From Candidatus Marinamargulisbacteria bacterium (GTDB lineage Bacteria > Margulisbacteria > Marinamargulisbacteria > UBA817), in the NCBI GenBank assembly GCA_049889215.1, contig JBMHDV010000020.1, positions 77,279 to 141,278 of the forward strand: a stretch of DNA of 64,000 bases, written 5' to 3'. Positions 9,248 to 21,789 of the stretch are shown one piece after another. A program made the position numbers and the translations under genes. The notes beneath the pieces were generated by a model that did not search any database, was not told where the DNA came from, and saw only the letters and a list, made by a program, of their open reading frames with translations. Each line of letters begins with the position of its first letter. Position 1 is the stretch's first letter.

Positions 9248-11329
9248 TTACTCCTTATCTTTCGTTGATTTTTCCACTAATTCGTTATATAGCTGTTTTG
9301 GGACTTCACTATACCCAAAAAACTGCATCGTGTAAATACCTCTACCCTGGGTGAATGACCGCAAAGAAGTGGCATATCCAAACATATCTCCAAGTGGAAC
9401 TTTAGCTACAATTTCTTTGTTACCTTGTGGATTATCTTCCATTTTCTCAATCTTACCTTTTCTTGAGTTAAGATCACCGATAACATCTCCCATATAATTT
9501 TCAGGAACTTCTACCTGTACATCCATTATTGGCTGTAGAATAACCGGCTTCGCTGTTTTAAAAGCATCTTTTACAGCGTAGGAAGCAGCAACTTGGAAGG
9601 CAACATCAGATGAATCGACATTGTGAAATGAACCATCTTTTAATACTACTTTAATGTCCACCACTGGATAACCAGCAACAACACCTGATTCAAAGAGGTT
9701 CTTTACACCTTTTTCTACTGATGGAATATATTCTCTAGGGATAGCCCCACCAACAATTTTATTCTCAAACTCGAATCCCTCGCCTCTTTCTAGAGGAACT
9801 ACATCTAGAATAACGTGACCGTACTGACCTCGACCACCGGTTTGCTTAATAAATTTTCCTTCACCTTTAGCAGTTAAAGAAATGGACTCTTTATAAGCAA
9901 CTTGTGGCTGACCAATATTAGCATCAACATTAAATTCTCTTAGAAGACGATCAACAATAACTTCCAAATGCAATTCACCCATACCTGAAATAATTGTTTG
10001 GCTAGTCTCTTGATCAGTAGAATAACTAAAAGTTGGGTCCTCATCAGATAACTTTTCAAGCGAATTAGAAAGTTTTTCTTGGTCAGATTTTGTTTTTGGT
10101 TCAATAGCTACAAAAATGACTGGCTCTGGGAATTCAATGTTTTCCAACATAAAATCATTGCCTTCAGCAGTTAAAGTATCACCAGTTCGAGTATTTTTTA
10201 GACCAATAACAGCAACAATGTCTCCCGCTTCAGAGTGTTTTAGCTCTTCTCTAGTATTCGCGTGCATTTGCATGATACGACCTATACGTTCTTTATTGTC
10301 GGACGATGTATTGTAAACATACGATCCAGCATCTAATTTACCTGAATAAATTCGTAAATAAGTAAGCTTACCAACAAAAGGATCCGTCATAATCTTAAAT
10401 GCCAAAGCAGAAAAAGTTTCTGTAACATCTGGTTTTAATTGTTTAACCTCTTCAGTACCTTTAACTGAAGCGGTAACTTCACCAACATCAATCGGAGAAG
10501 GTAATAAATCAGTTACAGCATCTAACAATGGTTGAACCCCTTTATTCTTAAATGCAGATCCGCAAAAAACAGGAATAACTTCGCCATCCAGTGTTCGACG
10601 TCTAAGACCTTCAATCATCTGTTGCTCAGTTAAGTCGCCTGATTCTAAGTATGCGTTTAAAAGATCCTCTGAGGCCTCAGCAACAAACTCCATTAACTCA
10701 GAACGAAGTGTAGCTACTTTATCAGCTATATCAGCAGGAATATCGCCTTCTTTAACATCTTCACCTTTATCACCACCAAAGTAATAAGCTTTATTTTTAA
10801 TTAAATCAACATAACCGATAAAATCAGCTTCTGCTCCAATTGGGTAATTAACGATTAAAGGATTAGCAGATAAATTATCACGAATCATGTTAACAACATT
10901 ATCGTAATTAGCACCAGTACGATCCATTTTATTAACAAACGCAATACGAGGAACTTGATACTTTACAGCCTGACGCCATACTGTTTCTGACTGAGGCTGT
11001 ACACCTGCTACAGCACAGAACACCGCAATCATACCATCCAATACTCTTAAAGAACGTTCAACTTCAACAGTAAAGTCAACGTGACCAGGAGTATCAATGA
11101 TATTAATAATCGTATCATTCCAAAAACATGTTGTCGCAGCAGAAGTAATAGTAATACCACGCTCTTGTTCTTGTGCCATCCAATCCATGGTTGCATTTCC
11201 ATCATGAACTTCACCAATTTTATGAGAACGACCTGTGTAAAATAAAATTCGCTCTGTTAATGTTGTTTTACCAGCATCAATATGAGCAGCGATTCCAATA
11301 TTTCTTAAGTTTTCTAAATTTTTTGACAT
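9248..11329 (-). CDS. fusA: Elongation factor G
   Basis: 693 aa with the GTPase G-domain ([17 protein letters not shown]) and str-operon position. Confidence 0.97.
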   Translation of the reverse strand: MSKNLENLRNIGIAAHIDAGKTTLTERILFYTGRSHKIGEVHDGNATMDWMAQEQERGITITSAATTCFWNDTIINIIDTPGHVDFTVEVERSLRVLDGMIAVFCAVAGVQPQSETVWRQAVKYQVPRIAFVNKMDRTGANYDNVVNMIRDNLSANPLIVNYPIGAEADFIGYVDLIKNKAYYFGGDKGEDVKEGDIPADIADKVATLRSELMEFVAEASEDLLNAYLESGDLTEQQMIEGLRRRTLDGEVIPVFCGSAFKNKGVQPLLDAVTDLLPSPIDVGEVTASVKGTEEVKQLKPDVTETFSALAFKIMTDPFVGKLTYLRIYSGKLDAGSYVYNTSSDNKERIGRIMQMHANTREELKHSEAGDIVAVIGLKNTRTGDTLTAEGNDFMLENIEFPEPVIFVAIEPKTKSDQEKLSNSLEKLSDEDPTFSYSTDQETSQTIISGMGELHLEVIVDRLLREFNVDANIGQPQVAYKESISLTAKGEGKFIKQTGGRGQYGHVILDVVPLERGEGFEFENKIVGGAIPREYIPSVEKGVKNLFESGVVAGYPVVDIKVVLKDGSFHNVDSSDVAFQVAASYAVKDAFKTAKPVILQPIMDVQVEVPENYMGDVIGDLNSRKGKIEKMEDNPQGNKEIVAKVPLGDMFGYATSLRSFTQGRGIYTMQFFGYSEVPKQLYNELVEKSTKDKE

Positions 11330-11332
11330 AGT

Positions 11333-11800
11333 TTACCACCTAAAATGAGCGAAAGCTTTGTTTGATTCAGCCATCTTATGAGTATCATCGCGCTTTTTAG
11401 CCGATGACCCAACATTATTAAAAGCATCAGTTAATTCTTGCGAAAGATTTTGAATCATTGATTTTCCTTTTCGTGAACGAGAATAATTAATAATCCAATT
11501 CATTGCATGACCAACACCACGATCCTCACTAACCTCGACAGGAACCTGATATGTTGAACCACCAACTCGTCTAGAACGAACTTCCATGCGCGGTGCAATA
11601 TTATCAATGGCTGTCTGAAATGCCTTTAATGGATCTTCAGAAACATTCTTTGAAAGCTCATCTAAACTCATATAAACAATTTTTTCAGCTATCGTCTTTT
11701 TTCCATCTAACATGATTTTGTTAATGAACTTTGAAACCATCTTGCTTTCATATTTATAATCAGGTTTCAAATAACGTTTTGTATCTTTCTTATTTGACAA
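11333..11800 (-). CDS. rpsG: 30S ribosomal protein S7
   Basis: 155 aa S7-like protein in the str operon. Confidence 0.93.
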   Translation of the reverse strand: MSNKKDTKRYLKPDYKYESKMVSKFINKIMLDGKKTIAEKIVYMSLDELSKNVSEDPLKAFQTAIDNIAPRMEVRSRRVGGSTYQVPVEVSEDRGVGHAMNWIINYSRSRKGKSMIQNLSQELTDAFNNVGSSAKKRDDTHKMAESNKAFAHFRW

Positions 11801-11814
11801 AAGTTTTCTCCTTA

Positions 11815-12189
11815 CTAACCTTTTGGACGTTTTGCGCCATATTTAGAACGACCACGCTTACGACCATCCACACCTTCAGTATCCAAAGCACCTCTAACTG
11901 TATGGTAACGTACACCAGGCACATCTTTAACTCGACCACCTCGAGCTAAAATAACCGAGTGTTCTTGAATATTGTGACCTTCACCACCAATGTATACAGT
12001 AACTTCAAATCCAGACGTTAATTTCACACGGGCAACTTTACGGAGAGCTGAATTTGGCTTCTTTGGTGTTGTTGTATAAACACGAGTACAAACACCACGT
12101 CGTTGAGGACAAGCTTTTAACGCTGGTGACTTTCCTTTAATTACCTTCTTTTTTCTACCTTTTCTTATCAATTGATTCGTTGTTGCCAT
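11815..12189 (-). CDS. rpsL: 30S ribosomal protein S12
   Basis: [15 protein letters not shown]...[10 protein letters not shown] is a canonical S12, 124 aa. Confidence 0.97.
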   Translation of the reverse strand: MATTNQLIRKGRKKKVIKGKSPALKACPQRRGVCTRVYTTTPKKPNSALRKVARVKLTSGFEVTVYIGGEGHNIQEHSVILARGGRVKDVPGVRYHTVRGALDTEGVDGRKRGRSKYGAKRPKG

Positions 12190-12217
12190 TCATTTCTCCT
12201 TTTTATAAGTGAACTCA

Positions 12218-12246
12218 AGTGTAAATTTCATAACTCAAATTGTCAA
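12218..12246 (-). promoter_or_regulatory. Putative sigma70-type promoter for the str operon in the rpoC-rpsL intergenic region
   Basis: Minus strand reads TTGACA (12241-12246), a 17-nt spacer, then TACACT (12218-12223), about 25 nt upstream of the rpsL SD and ATG. Confidence 0.35.
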
Positions 12247-12250
12247 TATA

Positions 12251-15200
12251 CTAACTATCAAATTCATCATGAAAAATTCTATCTTCTTCAGTAACGCGGG
12301 TCTCTTCTCCAGATTCACTTCTTAATACAACATTATTATATTGATCTAAACCTGTTCCTGCAGGAATAAGTTTACCAATAATTACATTTTCTTTTAAACC
12401 ATACATTGTATCCTTTTTCCCTCGAATTGCAGCATCAGTTAATACTCGAGCAGTTTCTTGGAATGAAGATGCAGAAATAAAGCTTTCTGTATTTAATGAT
12501 GATCGAGTGATTCCTAAGAGAACACCTTCGGCCTGTACTGGGGTCTTCTTTTGGGCTAATAACTCCTCGTTTTGTTCTTCAACGCGACGAATATCAACAA
12601 GTTCATTTGGAAGCAACATAGAATCACCGCCATCTTGAACCAACATCTTACGAGTCATTTGTCGAACAATAACCTCTAAATGCTTTAAGTTAATAAATAC
12701 ACCCTGAGAAAAATAAACCTTTTGAATTTCATTAATCAAATACAACTGAGTTTCAACAACACCTTTGGTTAATAAAAGATCCTGTGGTGAAATAATACCA
12801 TCAGTTATCTGTTGCCCTTTGGCAACTGACTGACCTGAATAAACTAAAAATCTAGTTTTAACAGGTAAACGATACTCTTTTTTGTCACCCGCCTCTGAAA
12901 GGATTGATAATAAGTAATAGTTCTCAAAACGGTTAAATTCAACAATTCCGTTAAATTCACTTAAAATAGCTGCATTCTTTGGTTTTCTTGCCTCAAACAA
13001 TTCCTCAACTCGTGGTAAACCTTGAACAATATCTTTTGTTTTAGATGCATCTAAATCACTAACATACTCACGGTATAACACATCATTATCATTGACCTTG
13101 GAACCATCTTTAACAAAAAGATCAGAACGCTTAGATGTAATAAAAACATTACATGGGTAATATGTCATAGTTGATTTTGACTTTGTTTTTTCTTTAATTG
13201 AGTCAAAAATACCTGGAGTTGTTAACTGAACATTGGTTCCTAAGTCTGAAGAAAGACCAATTTTATCTAACTTCTTAAAGACTTTTGCTTTCTCACTGGA
13301 AACATCAATTGTTTTTGCGTTCTTAGGATCATAAACAGCAATTTCATATTCATCATCGGCTTCAAATAATCGAACCTTACCCTCAGAGAAAGACGTCGCA
13401 TACTGTGATGATGAATCATAGAGTGCTAAAATATCATCTTTTGATACCTTTTGCTTATCTTTAATCTGAAGAATACTGCCCTTTGGTAATACAACAACTT
13501 CCTTATCTTTTGATGTTTCGATTACAAAATTTGAATCTTCGATAACCAATAAATGCTTATTCTTGCCATCTACCAATAATGATGTCTTTAAATCAGCTGG
13601 AAACTTAACAGATCCAGTGAATGGTGAGGTAATGTTATTTACCGATGCTTTTCTTAAGTCAACACCACCTGTATGGAAAGTTCTCATCGTTAACTGAGTA
13701 CCCGGTTCCCCAATTGACTGAGCAGCAATAATACCAATAGCTTCACCTAAATTAACTAGTTTTGCAGTAGCTAAATCTAAACCATAACATTTACGACAAA
13801 CACCTCGTTTTGTTTGGCATGTGAAAATGTTTCTTATTTTAAATGATTCAATTTTGGCAAGTCCCATAGCTTTAGCAACAGGTTTAGTAATAACATCTCC
13901 CGCCTTAATCGAAATATCACCATGCGAAAAAGATTCCCCAGCAACACGGCCTTCAACCAACTCATGTACAGGAATCATTAAATCAGTACCCTCTTTTAAT
14001 GGATGAATAGTTACAGTTTGCTTGGTTCCACAGTCTTCTTCAGAAATAATTACATCTTGAGCAACATCAACAAGTCGACGTGTTAAGTAACCAGAATCAG
14101 CTGTACGTAATGCCGTATCAACCAATCCTTTTCTAGCTCCATAACAAGAAATAAAATATTCAGCTAATGAGAGACCTTCCTTAAAGTTTGATTTGATCGG
14201 TACTTTAATGGTTCGGCCCTGTGCGTCAGACATCAAACCACGCATACCAGCTAACTGACGTACCTGATCAATGTTTCCTCTAGCACCTGAGTTGGCCATA
14301 ATAAATACGTTATTTAATTGACCAAATTCATCTTCCATACAATCGGAAATATCACCTGACGCACGACGCCAGATCTCATTACTTCGTAGTTGAAATTCTT
14401 CCGGAGTAATTTTATTTTTAGATAAACGATCATTCAAGCTTTGGACATCCTTCTCAGCTGTATCTAGAATTTTCGCCTTTACCTTAGGAACTCGAAGATC
14501 ATCAATAGAAATCGAAATCCCTGATAAGGTAGCATATTTAAATCCTAAATCTTTTAACTTATCAGCTAGTTCTGTAACAATATTGTTTCCATATTTAATG
14601 TACCAATCATAGATCAATTCACCCAATTGTTTCTTACCAAGAACACGATTTATAAAAGGCTCGTCTGTAATTCCAAAAGACTCAAGAACATCATTCACTG
14701 TTCGATTAAAAATAATTCGTCCCATTGTAGTTTCAATACGCTCGCCTTTATATTTTAAAACCAAATAACTATGGATATTAATACCGCCTTGTTCCCAAGC
14801 ATTCCAAGCATCGTTCATAGATCTGAACTGTCGAGCTGGCTTTTCCTTATATTCTGGATTATCAACAGTTAAAAAGTAACAACCAAGAATCATATCTTGA
14901 GTGGGGGTAATAATTGAATTTCCATTTGATGGAGAAAGAATATTATTAACTGACAAAATTAATAAACGACATTCAGCCTGTGCCTCAATAGAAAGAGGTA
15001 CGTGAACAGCCATTTGGTCACCGTCAAAATCCGCATTAAATGCCGTACAAACCAATGGATGTACCTGAATTGCAGCACCTTCAACCAATTTTGGTTCAAA
15101 TGCTTGAATACCTAAACGGTGAAGGGTTGGTGCACGGTTTAATAACACTGATTGACCTTTAATTACCTTCTCTAAAACATCCCAGATAAATAATTCGCGA

Positions 15201-16390
15201 TCTTCTATCTTTCGTTTGGCAGCTTTAACATTAGTTACTAATCCTTGATTAACAAGTTCATTAATAATAAAAGGTTTGAAAAGTTCAAGTGCCATCTCCT
15301 TAGGGATTCCACACTGATGGAATTTTAATTTTGGGCCAACAACAATAACAGATCGACCAGAATAGTCTACTCGTTTACCTAGAAGGTTTTGACGAAAACG
15401 ACCTTGCTTACCTTCAATAATATTTCCAAGAGATTTTAAAGGACGACCATTTGAACCAGTTACTGCACGACCACGTTTACCGTTTGAAATTAGCGCATCA
15501 ACGGCTTCTTGAAGCATACGCTTTTCATTTCGGATAATCATATCAGGAGCACCGATGTCTAAAAGTCGTTTAAGACGATTATTTCTATTTACAACTCGTC
15601 GATATAAATCATTTAAATCAGATGTTGCAAAACGACCACCTTCAAGCTGAACCATTGGTCGTAAATCTGGTGGCATAACAGGAATAACATCAAGAATCAT
15701 CCACATTGGGTTATTACCAGATGCCTGTAAAGACTCCAAAATACTTAACCGTTTAGTTGCCTTAATCTTTTTCTGTCCTGTAAGGTTTGCATAAGATTCT
15801 CGTAATTCAGAGATTGTTGTTTCAACATCCATTTGTGTCAAAATTGTTTTAATAGCTTCAGCACCCATTTGTGCTTTAAACTTGTCACCATACTGTTCTT
15901 TTAATTCATAATACATCTCTGTAGATAATATCTTTCGAACTGGGATAGTATCTTCCAAAGACTTATCCACAAAAGTTACAATGTAAGAATCATAATATAT
16001 AACTTCTTCCAACTGACGAGTTGTCATATCAAGTAAAATACCCATGTAACCTGGAATCCCTTTTAAGAACCATATGTGTGATACTGAACAGGCAAGCTCA
16101 ATATGCCCCATTCGTTCTCGACGAACTTTTGAGTGAGTCACTTGTACTCCGCAACGCTCGCAAACAATACCTCTATATCGAATACGTCGATATTTACCAC
16201 ATGAGCATTCCCAATCTTTAACTGGTCCAAATATCTTTTCGCAAAAAAGACCTTTTCTTTCAGGCTTAAATGTACGGTAATTTATTGTTTCTGGCTTTTC
16301 AACTTCTCCATAAGACCAATATCTTATTTTATCAGGTGAAGCTAAACCTATCTCTAAATAATCAAAATCTGTTGAGTCTGTTACTAACAT
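12251..16390 (-). CDS. rpoC: DNA-directed RNA polymerase subunit beta'
   Basis: 1379 aa; the NADFDGD catalytic motif, zinc-binding Cys clusters and the trigger loop region are all present. Confidence 0.98.
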   Translation of the reverse strand: MLVTDSTDFDYLEIGLASPDKIRYWSYGEVEKPETINYRTFKPERKGLFCEKIFGPVKDWECSCGKYRRIRYRGIVCERCGVQVTHSKVRRERMGHIELACSVSHIWFLKGIPGYMGILLDMTTRQLEEVIYYDSYIVTFVDKSLEDTIPVRKILSTEMYYELKEQYGDKFKAQMGAEAIKTILTQMDVETTISELRESYANLTGQKKIKATKRLSILESLQASGNNPMWMILDVIPVMPPDLRPMVQLEGGRFATSDLNDLYRRVVNRNNRLKRLLDIGAPDMIIRNEKRMLQEAVDALISNGKRGRAVTGSNGRPLKSLGNIIEGKQGRFRQNLLGKRVDYSGRSVIVVGPKLKFHQCGIPKEMALELFKPFIINELVNQGLVTNVKAAKRKIEDRELFIWDVLEKVIKGQSVLLNRAPTLHRLGIQAFEPKLVEGAAIQVHPLVCTAFNADFDGDQMAVHVPLSIEAQAECRLLILSVNNILSPSNGNSIITPTQDMILGCYFLTVDNPEYKEKPARQFRSMNDAWNAWEQGGINIHSYLVLKYKGERIETTMGRIIFNRTVNDVLESFGITDEPFINRVLGKKQLGELIYDWYIKYGNNIVTELADKLKDLGFKYATLSGISISIDDLRVPKVKAKILDTAEKDVQSLNDRLSKNKITPEEFQLRSNEIWRRASGDISDCMEDEFGQLNNVFIMANSGARGNIDQVRQLAGMRGLMSDAQGRTIKVPIKSNFKEGLSLAEYFISCYGARKGLVDTALRTADSGYLTRRLVDVAQDVIISEEDCGTKQTVTIHPLKEGTDLMIPVHELVEGRVAGESFSHGDISIKAGDVITKPVAKAMGLAKIESFKIRNIFTCQTKRGVCRKCYGLDLATAKLVNLGEAIGIIAAQSIGEPGTQLTMRTFHTGGVDLRKASVNNITSPFTGSVKFPADLKTSLLVDGKNKHLLVIEDSNFVIETSKDKEVVVLPKGSILQIKDKQKVSKDDILALYDSSSQYATSFSEGKVRLFEADDEYEIAVYDPKNAKTIDVSSEKAKVFKKLDKIGLSSDLGTNVQLTTPGIFDSIKEKTKSKSTMTYYPCNVFITSKRSDLFVKDGSKVNDNDVLYREYVSDLDASKTKDIVQGLPRVEELFEARKPKNAAILSEFNGIVEFNRFENYYLLSILSEAGDKKEYRLPVKTRFLVYSGQSVAKGQQITDGIISPQDLLLTKGVVETQLYLINEIQKVYFSQGVFINLKHLEVIVRQMTRKMLVQDGGDSMLLPNELVDIRRVEEQNEELLAQKKTPVQAEGVLLGITRSSLNTESFISASSFQETARVLTDAAIRGKKDTMYGLKENVIIGKLIPAGTGLDQYNNVVLRSESGEETRVTEEDRIFHDEFDS

Positions 16391-16400
16391 TTATCTCTCC

Positions 16401-19400
16401 TTAGCGGTTGTCGATTTCTTCGTCATCTGTTGTTTTAACACGGATATCCAATGCAATGGATCGTAACTCCCGTAACAAAACTCTAAATGATTCTGGGGTT
16501 CCAGGCTTCGACAATGCCTTCCCTTTAATGATGGCTTCATATGCTCTTGCACGACCTGTTAAATCATCCGACTTAACTGTTAACATTTCTTGCAATGTAT
16601 TGGCTGCACCATAGGCCTCTAATGCCCATACTTCCATTTCACCAAAACGCTGACCACCATACTGAGCTTTACCTCCAAGTGGCTGTTGAGTAACCAGAGA
16701 GTAAGGACCTGTTGATCTCGCATGAATCTTATCATCAACCAAGTGAATTAGCTTAAGGACGTACATGTAACCAACCGTTACTTCACGCTCAAACAATTCA
16801 CCACTACGTCCATCTCTTAATGGGACTGCACCTGTTTTATTGACCCATTCATAGCCAGGAGCTTTTGATGCTGTAACCAAACGTTCTTCAAGCTTATCTA
16901 CAGATGCATTAGGAGCAATAACTTCATCAAAAGATTGAGCCATGTAATTTTCACCAATCACGTGTGAAGCCATTCCCAATAAGGTTTCAAATAACTGTCC
17001 GACATTCATACGAGATGGTACACCTAGTGGATTTAAAATAATATCCAGAGGCTGACCATTTGGTAAAAATGGCATATCTTCTTCAGGCAGTATTGTAGAA
17101 ACAACACCCTTATTCCCGTGTCGTCCAGCCATTTTATCACCAATAGAAATACGTCTCAGCTGAGCAATATAAACCCTTACCAATGTATTGACACCTGGGG
17201 ATAAGTCATCGCCATTGTCACGTGAAAAAACACGAACACCGATAACTTTTCCAGATTCTCCTGATGACATACGTAAAGAAGTATCTTTCATATCTCTTGC
17301 TTTATCACCAAAGATTGCCCTTAATAGTTTTTCTTCTGCAGGAGGTTCGCTCTCTCCTTTTGGAGTCACTTTACCGACTAAAATATCACCTGCATTAACA
17401 AGTGCTCCGATTCGAATAATACCATTTTCATCAAGATGAGATAATGCATCTTCTGAAACATTAGGAATCTCACAAGTTAATTCTTCTGGTCCAAGTTTAG
17501 TTGTACGAACATCAATTTCATAACGATGAATATGAACAGATGTAAATACATCATCTTTTACCAATCGTTTTGAGATAACGATCGCATCCTCAAAGTTATA
17601 CCCTTCCCATGGCATGAAGCCAACCATGATATTCCGTCCAAGTGATAATTCACCTTTAGAAGTTGATGAACCATCAGCAATCAAATCACCTTTTTTTAAT
17701 TTCATACCTTTATAAACAACAGGTTTTTGATTTCGACAGGTATTTTGATTTGTACGTTGATATTTTTGCAGTTCGTAAGTGTGAGTTTTTGATCCCTCTT
17801 TTACGGTAACAGAACATGAATCCGTATCAACTACTTCACAGTTTTCTCTTGCTGTAACTAACACTTCAGTGTCTCTTGCAACAACTTCTTCCAGACCTGT
17901 ACCAATGTAAGGAGCTTCAGTATTTAAAATTGGAACCGCTTGACGTTGCATGTTTGCACCCATCAAAGCTCTATTTGCATCATCGTGCTCTAAAAATGGA
18001 ATTAACCCACAAGCAACACCTAGTAGCTGACGTGGGGATACACCAATATACTCAACTTTTTCAAGAGGAGTAAAGTGGAAATCACGTTGATATCGAGTTA
18101 CAATTTGAGACCCTTGCAATACACCCTTTTTAACAGGAGAATCCCATGGTGCGATGTAAAAACCTTCTTCTACATCAGCAGCAAGATAATCAACATCATC
18201 TGTGATTTTACCATTTTTAACTTTAAAATAAGGAGTTTCAACAAATCCAAATTTATTTACTCGTGCAAAGGTTGCCATTGGACCTATTAAACCAGCATTC
18301 GGCCCTTCAGGTGTTTCTATTGGACAGATCCGACCATAATGCGTGGGGTGAATATCACGAACTTCATAACCGGCACGTTCTTTTGTTAAACCACCTGGAC
18401 CCAATGCACTAAGTCGACGTTTGTGAATAACTTCAGCTAATGGATTTGTTTGATCCAAAAACTGTGATAGCTGTGAACTACCAAAAAATTCTCTCATAAC
18501 AGCAACCAAAGGACGAATATTAATTAGATGTTGAGGTGTGATGGACTCATTCGCTTTAAGTGCCATCTGCTCTTTAATCAATCGCTCTAAACGTACAAGA
18601 CCTATACGAAACTGTCGCTGTAATTGCTCACCAACCGTACGTACACGTCGATTGCCCAAATGATCAATATCATCTGTTAAACCTACTTTATTTACCATTG
18701 ACACAATATAAGAAATCGTTTGAATGATATCTTCTTTGGTTAAGGCAGTTGTCTCAACTGGTTTTGAATATCCAAAACGTTGATTAATTTTATGACGACC
18801 TACATCAGATAAGTCGTATTTTTCTTCGTTAAAAAATAAGGTGTCAATTAATGTTTTTGCACCTTGCAATGTAACAGGATCTCCTGACCGAAGACCTTTG
18901 TGTAATTCTATAAGTGCATCGTCTTCATTAACAAAAGGAAATTTCGTTAAAGTTGGCTCAAATAAATCTTTTTCTCCAACAAGTGAAAAGAATGATTTTT
19001 CATCATATCCTAATGCTGATAAGAATAAAGTAAGAGGAACTTTTTTAACTTTATTCAAATGAGCATAAAATAATTGCTTACTATCAACTTCTATTTCTAA
19101 CCAAGCACCTTTTGACGGAATGATGGAGGCAATAAAATCCTGAAAACCAGGAATATTGGGTGTCTTTTCTCTAAAATAAATACCAGGAGAACGGATAAAT
19201 TGAGATACAATTACCCTTTCTGTACCATTAACTAAAAACGTACCACTATTCGTCATTAATGGAATATCACTCATGAACACTTCTTGTTCTTGAACCTCGC
19301 CAGTCTCAACAGAAATCAAGCGAACGGGGACTTTCAAAGGAGAAGCATAAGTAAGTTCACGCTTTCTCATCTCTTCATATGAAAGTTCTGGATCACCAAG

Positions 19401-19607
19401 AGTTATACCTTCAAGAAATTCAAGCTGATATTTTCCACCATATCCGACGATCGGAGATATTTTCTGTAATTCTTCAGAAATTCCTTCGCTAAGAAATCGT
19501 TTAAATGATTCAACTTGAAGATCCAATAGATTTGGAACAGTTAATTTTTCTTGTGGAGCATCACTATGTAATGGCACTCTCTCACGGTACGTTTTATATT
19601 TGGACAA
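16401..19607 (-). CDS. rpoB: DNA-directed RNA polymerase subunit beta (compact, 1068 aa)
   Basis: Full-length similarity to RpoB, immediately upstream of rpoC. It is short relative to typical 1150-1350 aa homologs. Confidence 0.97.
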   Translation of the reverse strand: MSKYKTYRERVPLHSDAPQEKLTVPNLLDLQVESFKRFLSEGISEELQKISPIVGYGGKYQLEFLEGITLGDPELSYEEMRKRELTYASPLKVPVRLISVETGEVQEQEVFMSDIPLMTNSGTFLVNGTERVIVSQFIRSPGIYFREKTPNIPGFQDFIASIIPSKGAWLEIEVDSKQLFYAHLNKVKKVPLTLFLSALGYDEKSFFSLVGEKDLFEPTLTKFPFVNEDDALIELHKGLRSGDPVTLQGAKTLIDTLFFNEEKYDLSDVGRHKINQRFGYSKPVETTALTKEDIIQTISYIVSMVNKVGLTDDIDHLGNRRVRTVGEQLQRQFRIGLVRLERLIKEQMALKANESITPQHLINIRPLVAVMREFFGSSQLSQFLDQTNPLAEVIHKRRLSALGPGGLTKERAGYEVRDIHPTHYGRICPIETPEGPNAGLIGPMATFARVNKFGFVETPYFKVKNGKITDDVDYLAADVEEGFYIAPWDSPVKKGVLQGSQIVTRYQRDFHFTPLEKVEYIGVSPRQLLGVACGLIPFLEHDDANRALMGANMQRQAVPILNTEAPYIGTGLEEVVARDTEVLVTARENCEVVDTDSCSVTVKEGSKTHTYELQKYQRTNQNTCRNQKPVVYKGMKLKKGDLIADGSSTSKGELSLGRNIMVGFMPWEGYNFEDAIVISKRLVKDDVFTSVHIHRYEIDVRTTKLGPEELTCEIPNVSEDALSHLDENGIIRIGALVNAGDILVGKVTPKGESEPPAEEKLLRAIFGDKARDMKDTSLRMSSGESGKVIGVRVFSRDNGDDLSPGVNTLVRVYIAQLRRISIGDKMAGRHGNKGVVSTILPEEDMPFLPNGQPLDIILNPLGVPSRMNVGQLFETLLGMASHVIGENYMAQSFDEVIAPNASVDKLEERLVTASKAPGYEWVNKTGAVPLRDGRSGELFEREVTVGYMYVLKLIHLVDDKIHARSTGPYSLVTQQPLGGKAQYGGQRFGEMEVWALEAYGAANTLQEMLTVKSDDLTGRARAYEAIIKGKALSKPGTPESFRVLLRELRSIALDIRVKTTDDEEIDNR

Positions 19608-19631
19608 ATTTACACCTCATTCAATGAAAGT

Positions 19632-19667
19632 GCCTGGCAGGTAACGAATATCGCTACTTTGCCAGGC
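19632..19667 (-). promoter_or_regulatory. Stem-loop in the rplL-rpoB intergenic region (candidate attenuator or processing site)
   Basis: GCCTGGCA (19632-19639) and TGCCAGGC (19660-19667) form an 8-bp perfect stem with a 20-nt loop. A T-rich stretch follows on the transcribed strand. Confidence 0.4.
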
Positions 19668-19688
19668 ATTATAAGTTATATGAAAAAA

Positions 19689-20111
19689 TTATTTAAGTTC
19701 GATCTCTGCGCCTTGTTCTTCAAGTTGCTTTTTGATCGTCTCAGCTTCACCTTTTTCTAGACCTTCTTTAACAGCCTTTGGTGCAGCATCCACAAGTTCT
19801 TTGGCTTCTTTTAACCCCAATCCCGTGATTTCTCTAACTGCTTTTAAAACTTGAATCTTTTTATCCCCAGCAGATTTTAAGATTACATCAACTGTATCAC
19901 TTCCAGCAGCAGCGTCATCATCACCTGCGCCTGCGGCACCTGCAACAGCACCAGCGACAGCAACTGGAGCAGCAGCAACTACACCAAACTTATCTTCTAA
20001 TGCTTTAACTAATTGAGATAACTCTAATACAGTCATTTTCTCAACTGAGTCAATCACACCTTTTGCTTCTTTACTTAATTCAATTTCTTCAACTGTTGTT
20101 TCTTCGGACAT
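19689..20111 (-). CDS. rplL: 50S ribosomal protein L7/L12 with an extended Ala/Gly-rich hinge
   Basis: N-terminal dimerisation region, [18 protein letters not shown] hinge and C-terminal ...[17 protein letters not shown]... are characteristic. Confidence 0.95.
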   Translation of the reverse strand: MSEETTVEEIELSKEAKGVIDSVEKMTVLELSQLVKALEDKFGVVAAAPVAVAGAVAGAAGAGDDDAAAGSDTVDVILKSAGDKKIQVLKAVREITGLGLKEAKELVDAAPKAVKEGLEKGEAETIKKQLEEQGAEIELK

Positions 20112-20122
20112 TTTTTCCTCCT

Positions 20123-20653
20123 CTAATTTTTTTTGTTTTTAATCGCCTCAAGTGAATAAACGAGCCCTCTTAACGGAGAACCAACACCCACTACGAAACG
20201 ACTGATGGTAGATTTTAAACCACCAACAAGTTGCCCAATAAGTACATCTCTAGATGGTAACTTAGAAAGTGACTTAACATCTTTTTGTGTGATAAATGCA
20301 CCATCTAAATACCCTCCTTTGACTTTCAAAGATTCATTTGTTTTCAAATACTTATAAATCTTTGATGCTACCTCAGGACAATCTTGTTTTGACACAACTA
20401 ATGCAGTAGGGCCAGATAAAACTTCGTCTGGACACTCCATTTTGTTTTGATCAAACGCACGTTTGATCAAAGAATTTTTGATTACATAATAACCAGCATT
20501 AATTTCTCGTAATGAACCACGTAATTCTTGTAACTGAGAAACAGTTAAACCTCTATACTCTGTAAAGAAAACCGCATCTGATTCACTTAGTTCAGCACTC
20601 AAACGATTGACAGTTTCTTGCTTATTTAAAAGAACTTGTTCCCGATTTGACAT
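20123..20653 (-). CDS. rplJ: 50S ribosomal protein L10
   Basis: 176 aa L10-like protein directly upstream of rplL. Confidence 0.93.
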   Translation of the reverse strand: MSNREQVLLNKQETVNRLSAELSESDAVFFTEYRGLTVSQLQELRGSLREINAGYYVIKNSLIKRAFDQNKMECPDEVLSGPTALVVSKQDCPEVASKIYKYLKTNESLKVKGGYLDGAFITQKDVKSLSKLPSRDVLIGQLVGGLKSTISRFVVGVGSPLRGLVYSLEAIKNKKN

Positions 20654-20654
20654 A

Positions 20655-21353
20655 TTAATTACCTTTCCACTTTACATCCATCGGCACAACTTTGACACCG
20701 GGACCCATCGTAGAACATATTGTAATAGATTTCAAGTATATACCTTTAGCTTTTGCTGGCTTAAGCTTATTTACCTGTTGATAAACAACCATAAAATTAT
20801 CGTTCAGCTGTTCATCACTAAAGCTAGCCCGACCAATTACCAAATGCAAATTACCTTCTTTATCATTACGAAATTCAACCTTACCAGCTTTAAACTCTTT
20901 CACTGTTGATATAATATCTGTAGTCACTGTTCCAGATTTTGGACTAGGCATCAAACCTCTTGCACCAAGCACTCGTCCTAATTTACCAATCTTAGGCATA
21001 ACTTTTGGCGAAGCAATAACCAAATCAAAGTCAAGCCACCCATCTGATATTTTTTTAAGAACATCATCTAAACCTGCTTCAATTGCCCCTGCTTCCAAAA
21101 TGGGAGAGGTGTTTTCATCATCCGTAATTACAACAATGCGAACATCTTTACCTGTACCATGTGGTAGTGTAAGCGTGCCACGAACCAGCTGGTCAGCATG
21201 ACGTGGATCAATTCCTAATGAAAAGTGAACCTCTACTGATTCATCAAACTTTGCAAAGGCTGCGTCCTTACAAATTTGCAACGCTTCTAAAGGATCATAT
21301 TCTTTTTCAAGATCGAGCTTTTCTTGAATTGCTTTTTTATTTTTTGTTAACAT
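20655..21353 (-). CDS. rplA: 50S ribosomal protein L1
   Basis: 232 aa L1-like protein (HFSLGIDPRHADQ..., GKLGRVLGARGLMP). Confidence 0.95.
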   Translation of the reverse strand: MLTKNKKAIQEKLDLEKEYDPLEALQICKDAAFAKFDESVEVHFSLGIDPRHADQLVRGTLTLPHGTGKDVRIVVITDDENTSPILEAGAIEAGLDDVLKKISDGWLDFDLVIASPKVMPKIGKLGRVLGARGLMPSPKSGTVTTDIISTVKEFKAGKVEFRNDKEGNLHLVIGRASFSDEQLNDNFMVVYQQVNKLKPAKAKGIYLKSITICSTMGPGVKVVPMDVKWKGN

Positions 21354-21778
21354 TAATCAACCACCTCTATTCCCATGCTACGAGCAGAACCTGCAATGAT
21401 TCTTTCAGCCTGCTCTAAGGTAAATGCATTTAAATCAGGCATTTTTACTTCAGCAACTTTACGAACATCTGAAAGTTTAATTGAACCAATTGTTTCTCGT
21501 CCAGGCATTGTAGAACCTTTTTTCAAGTTTGCAAACTTTTTAATTAAATCACTTGCCGGAGGTGTTTTTAAAACAAATGTAAATGTACCATCAACGTAAG
21601 CTGTAATTTCTACCGGAATAACTTCACCCATTTTATCCTTTGTTTGATCATTATAAGCTTTACAAAACTCCATAATATTAATTCCAGCTTGACCAAGAGC
21701 TGGTCCAACTGGTGGTGCTGGGTTTGCTTTCCCACCTTCGATTTGTAATTTTAGAACTGTTTTTACTTGTTTAGACAT
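21353..21778 (-). CDS. rplK: 50S ribosomal protein L11
   Basis: [38 protein letters not shown]... is a canonical L11. Confidence 0.97.
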   Translation of the reverse strand: MSKQVKTVLKLQIEGGKANPAPPVGPALGQAGINIMEFCKAYNDQTKDKMGEVIPVEITAYVDGTFTFVLKTPPASDLIKKFANLKKGSTMPGRETIGSIKLSDVRKVAEVKMPDLNAFTLEQAERIIAGSARSMGIEVVD

Positions 21779-21789
21779 ATCGCCACCTC

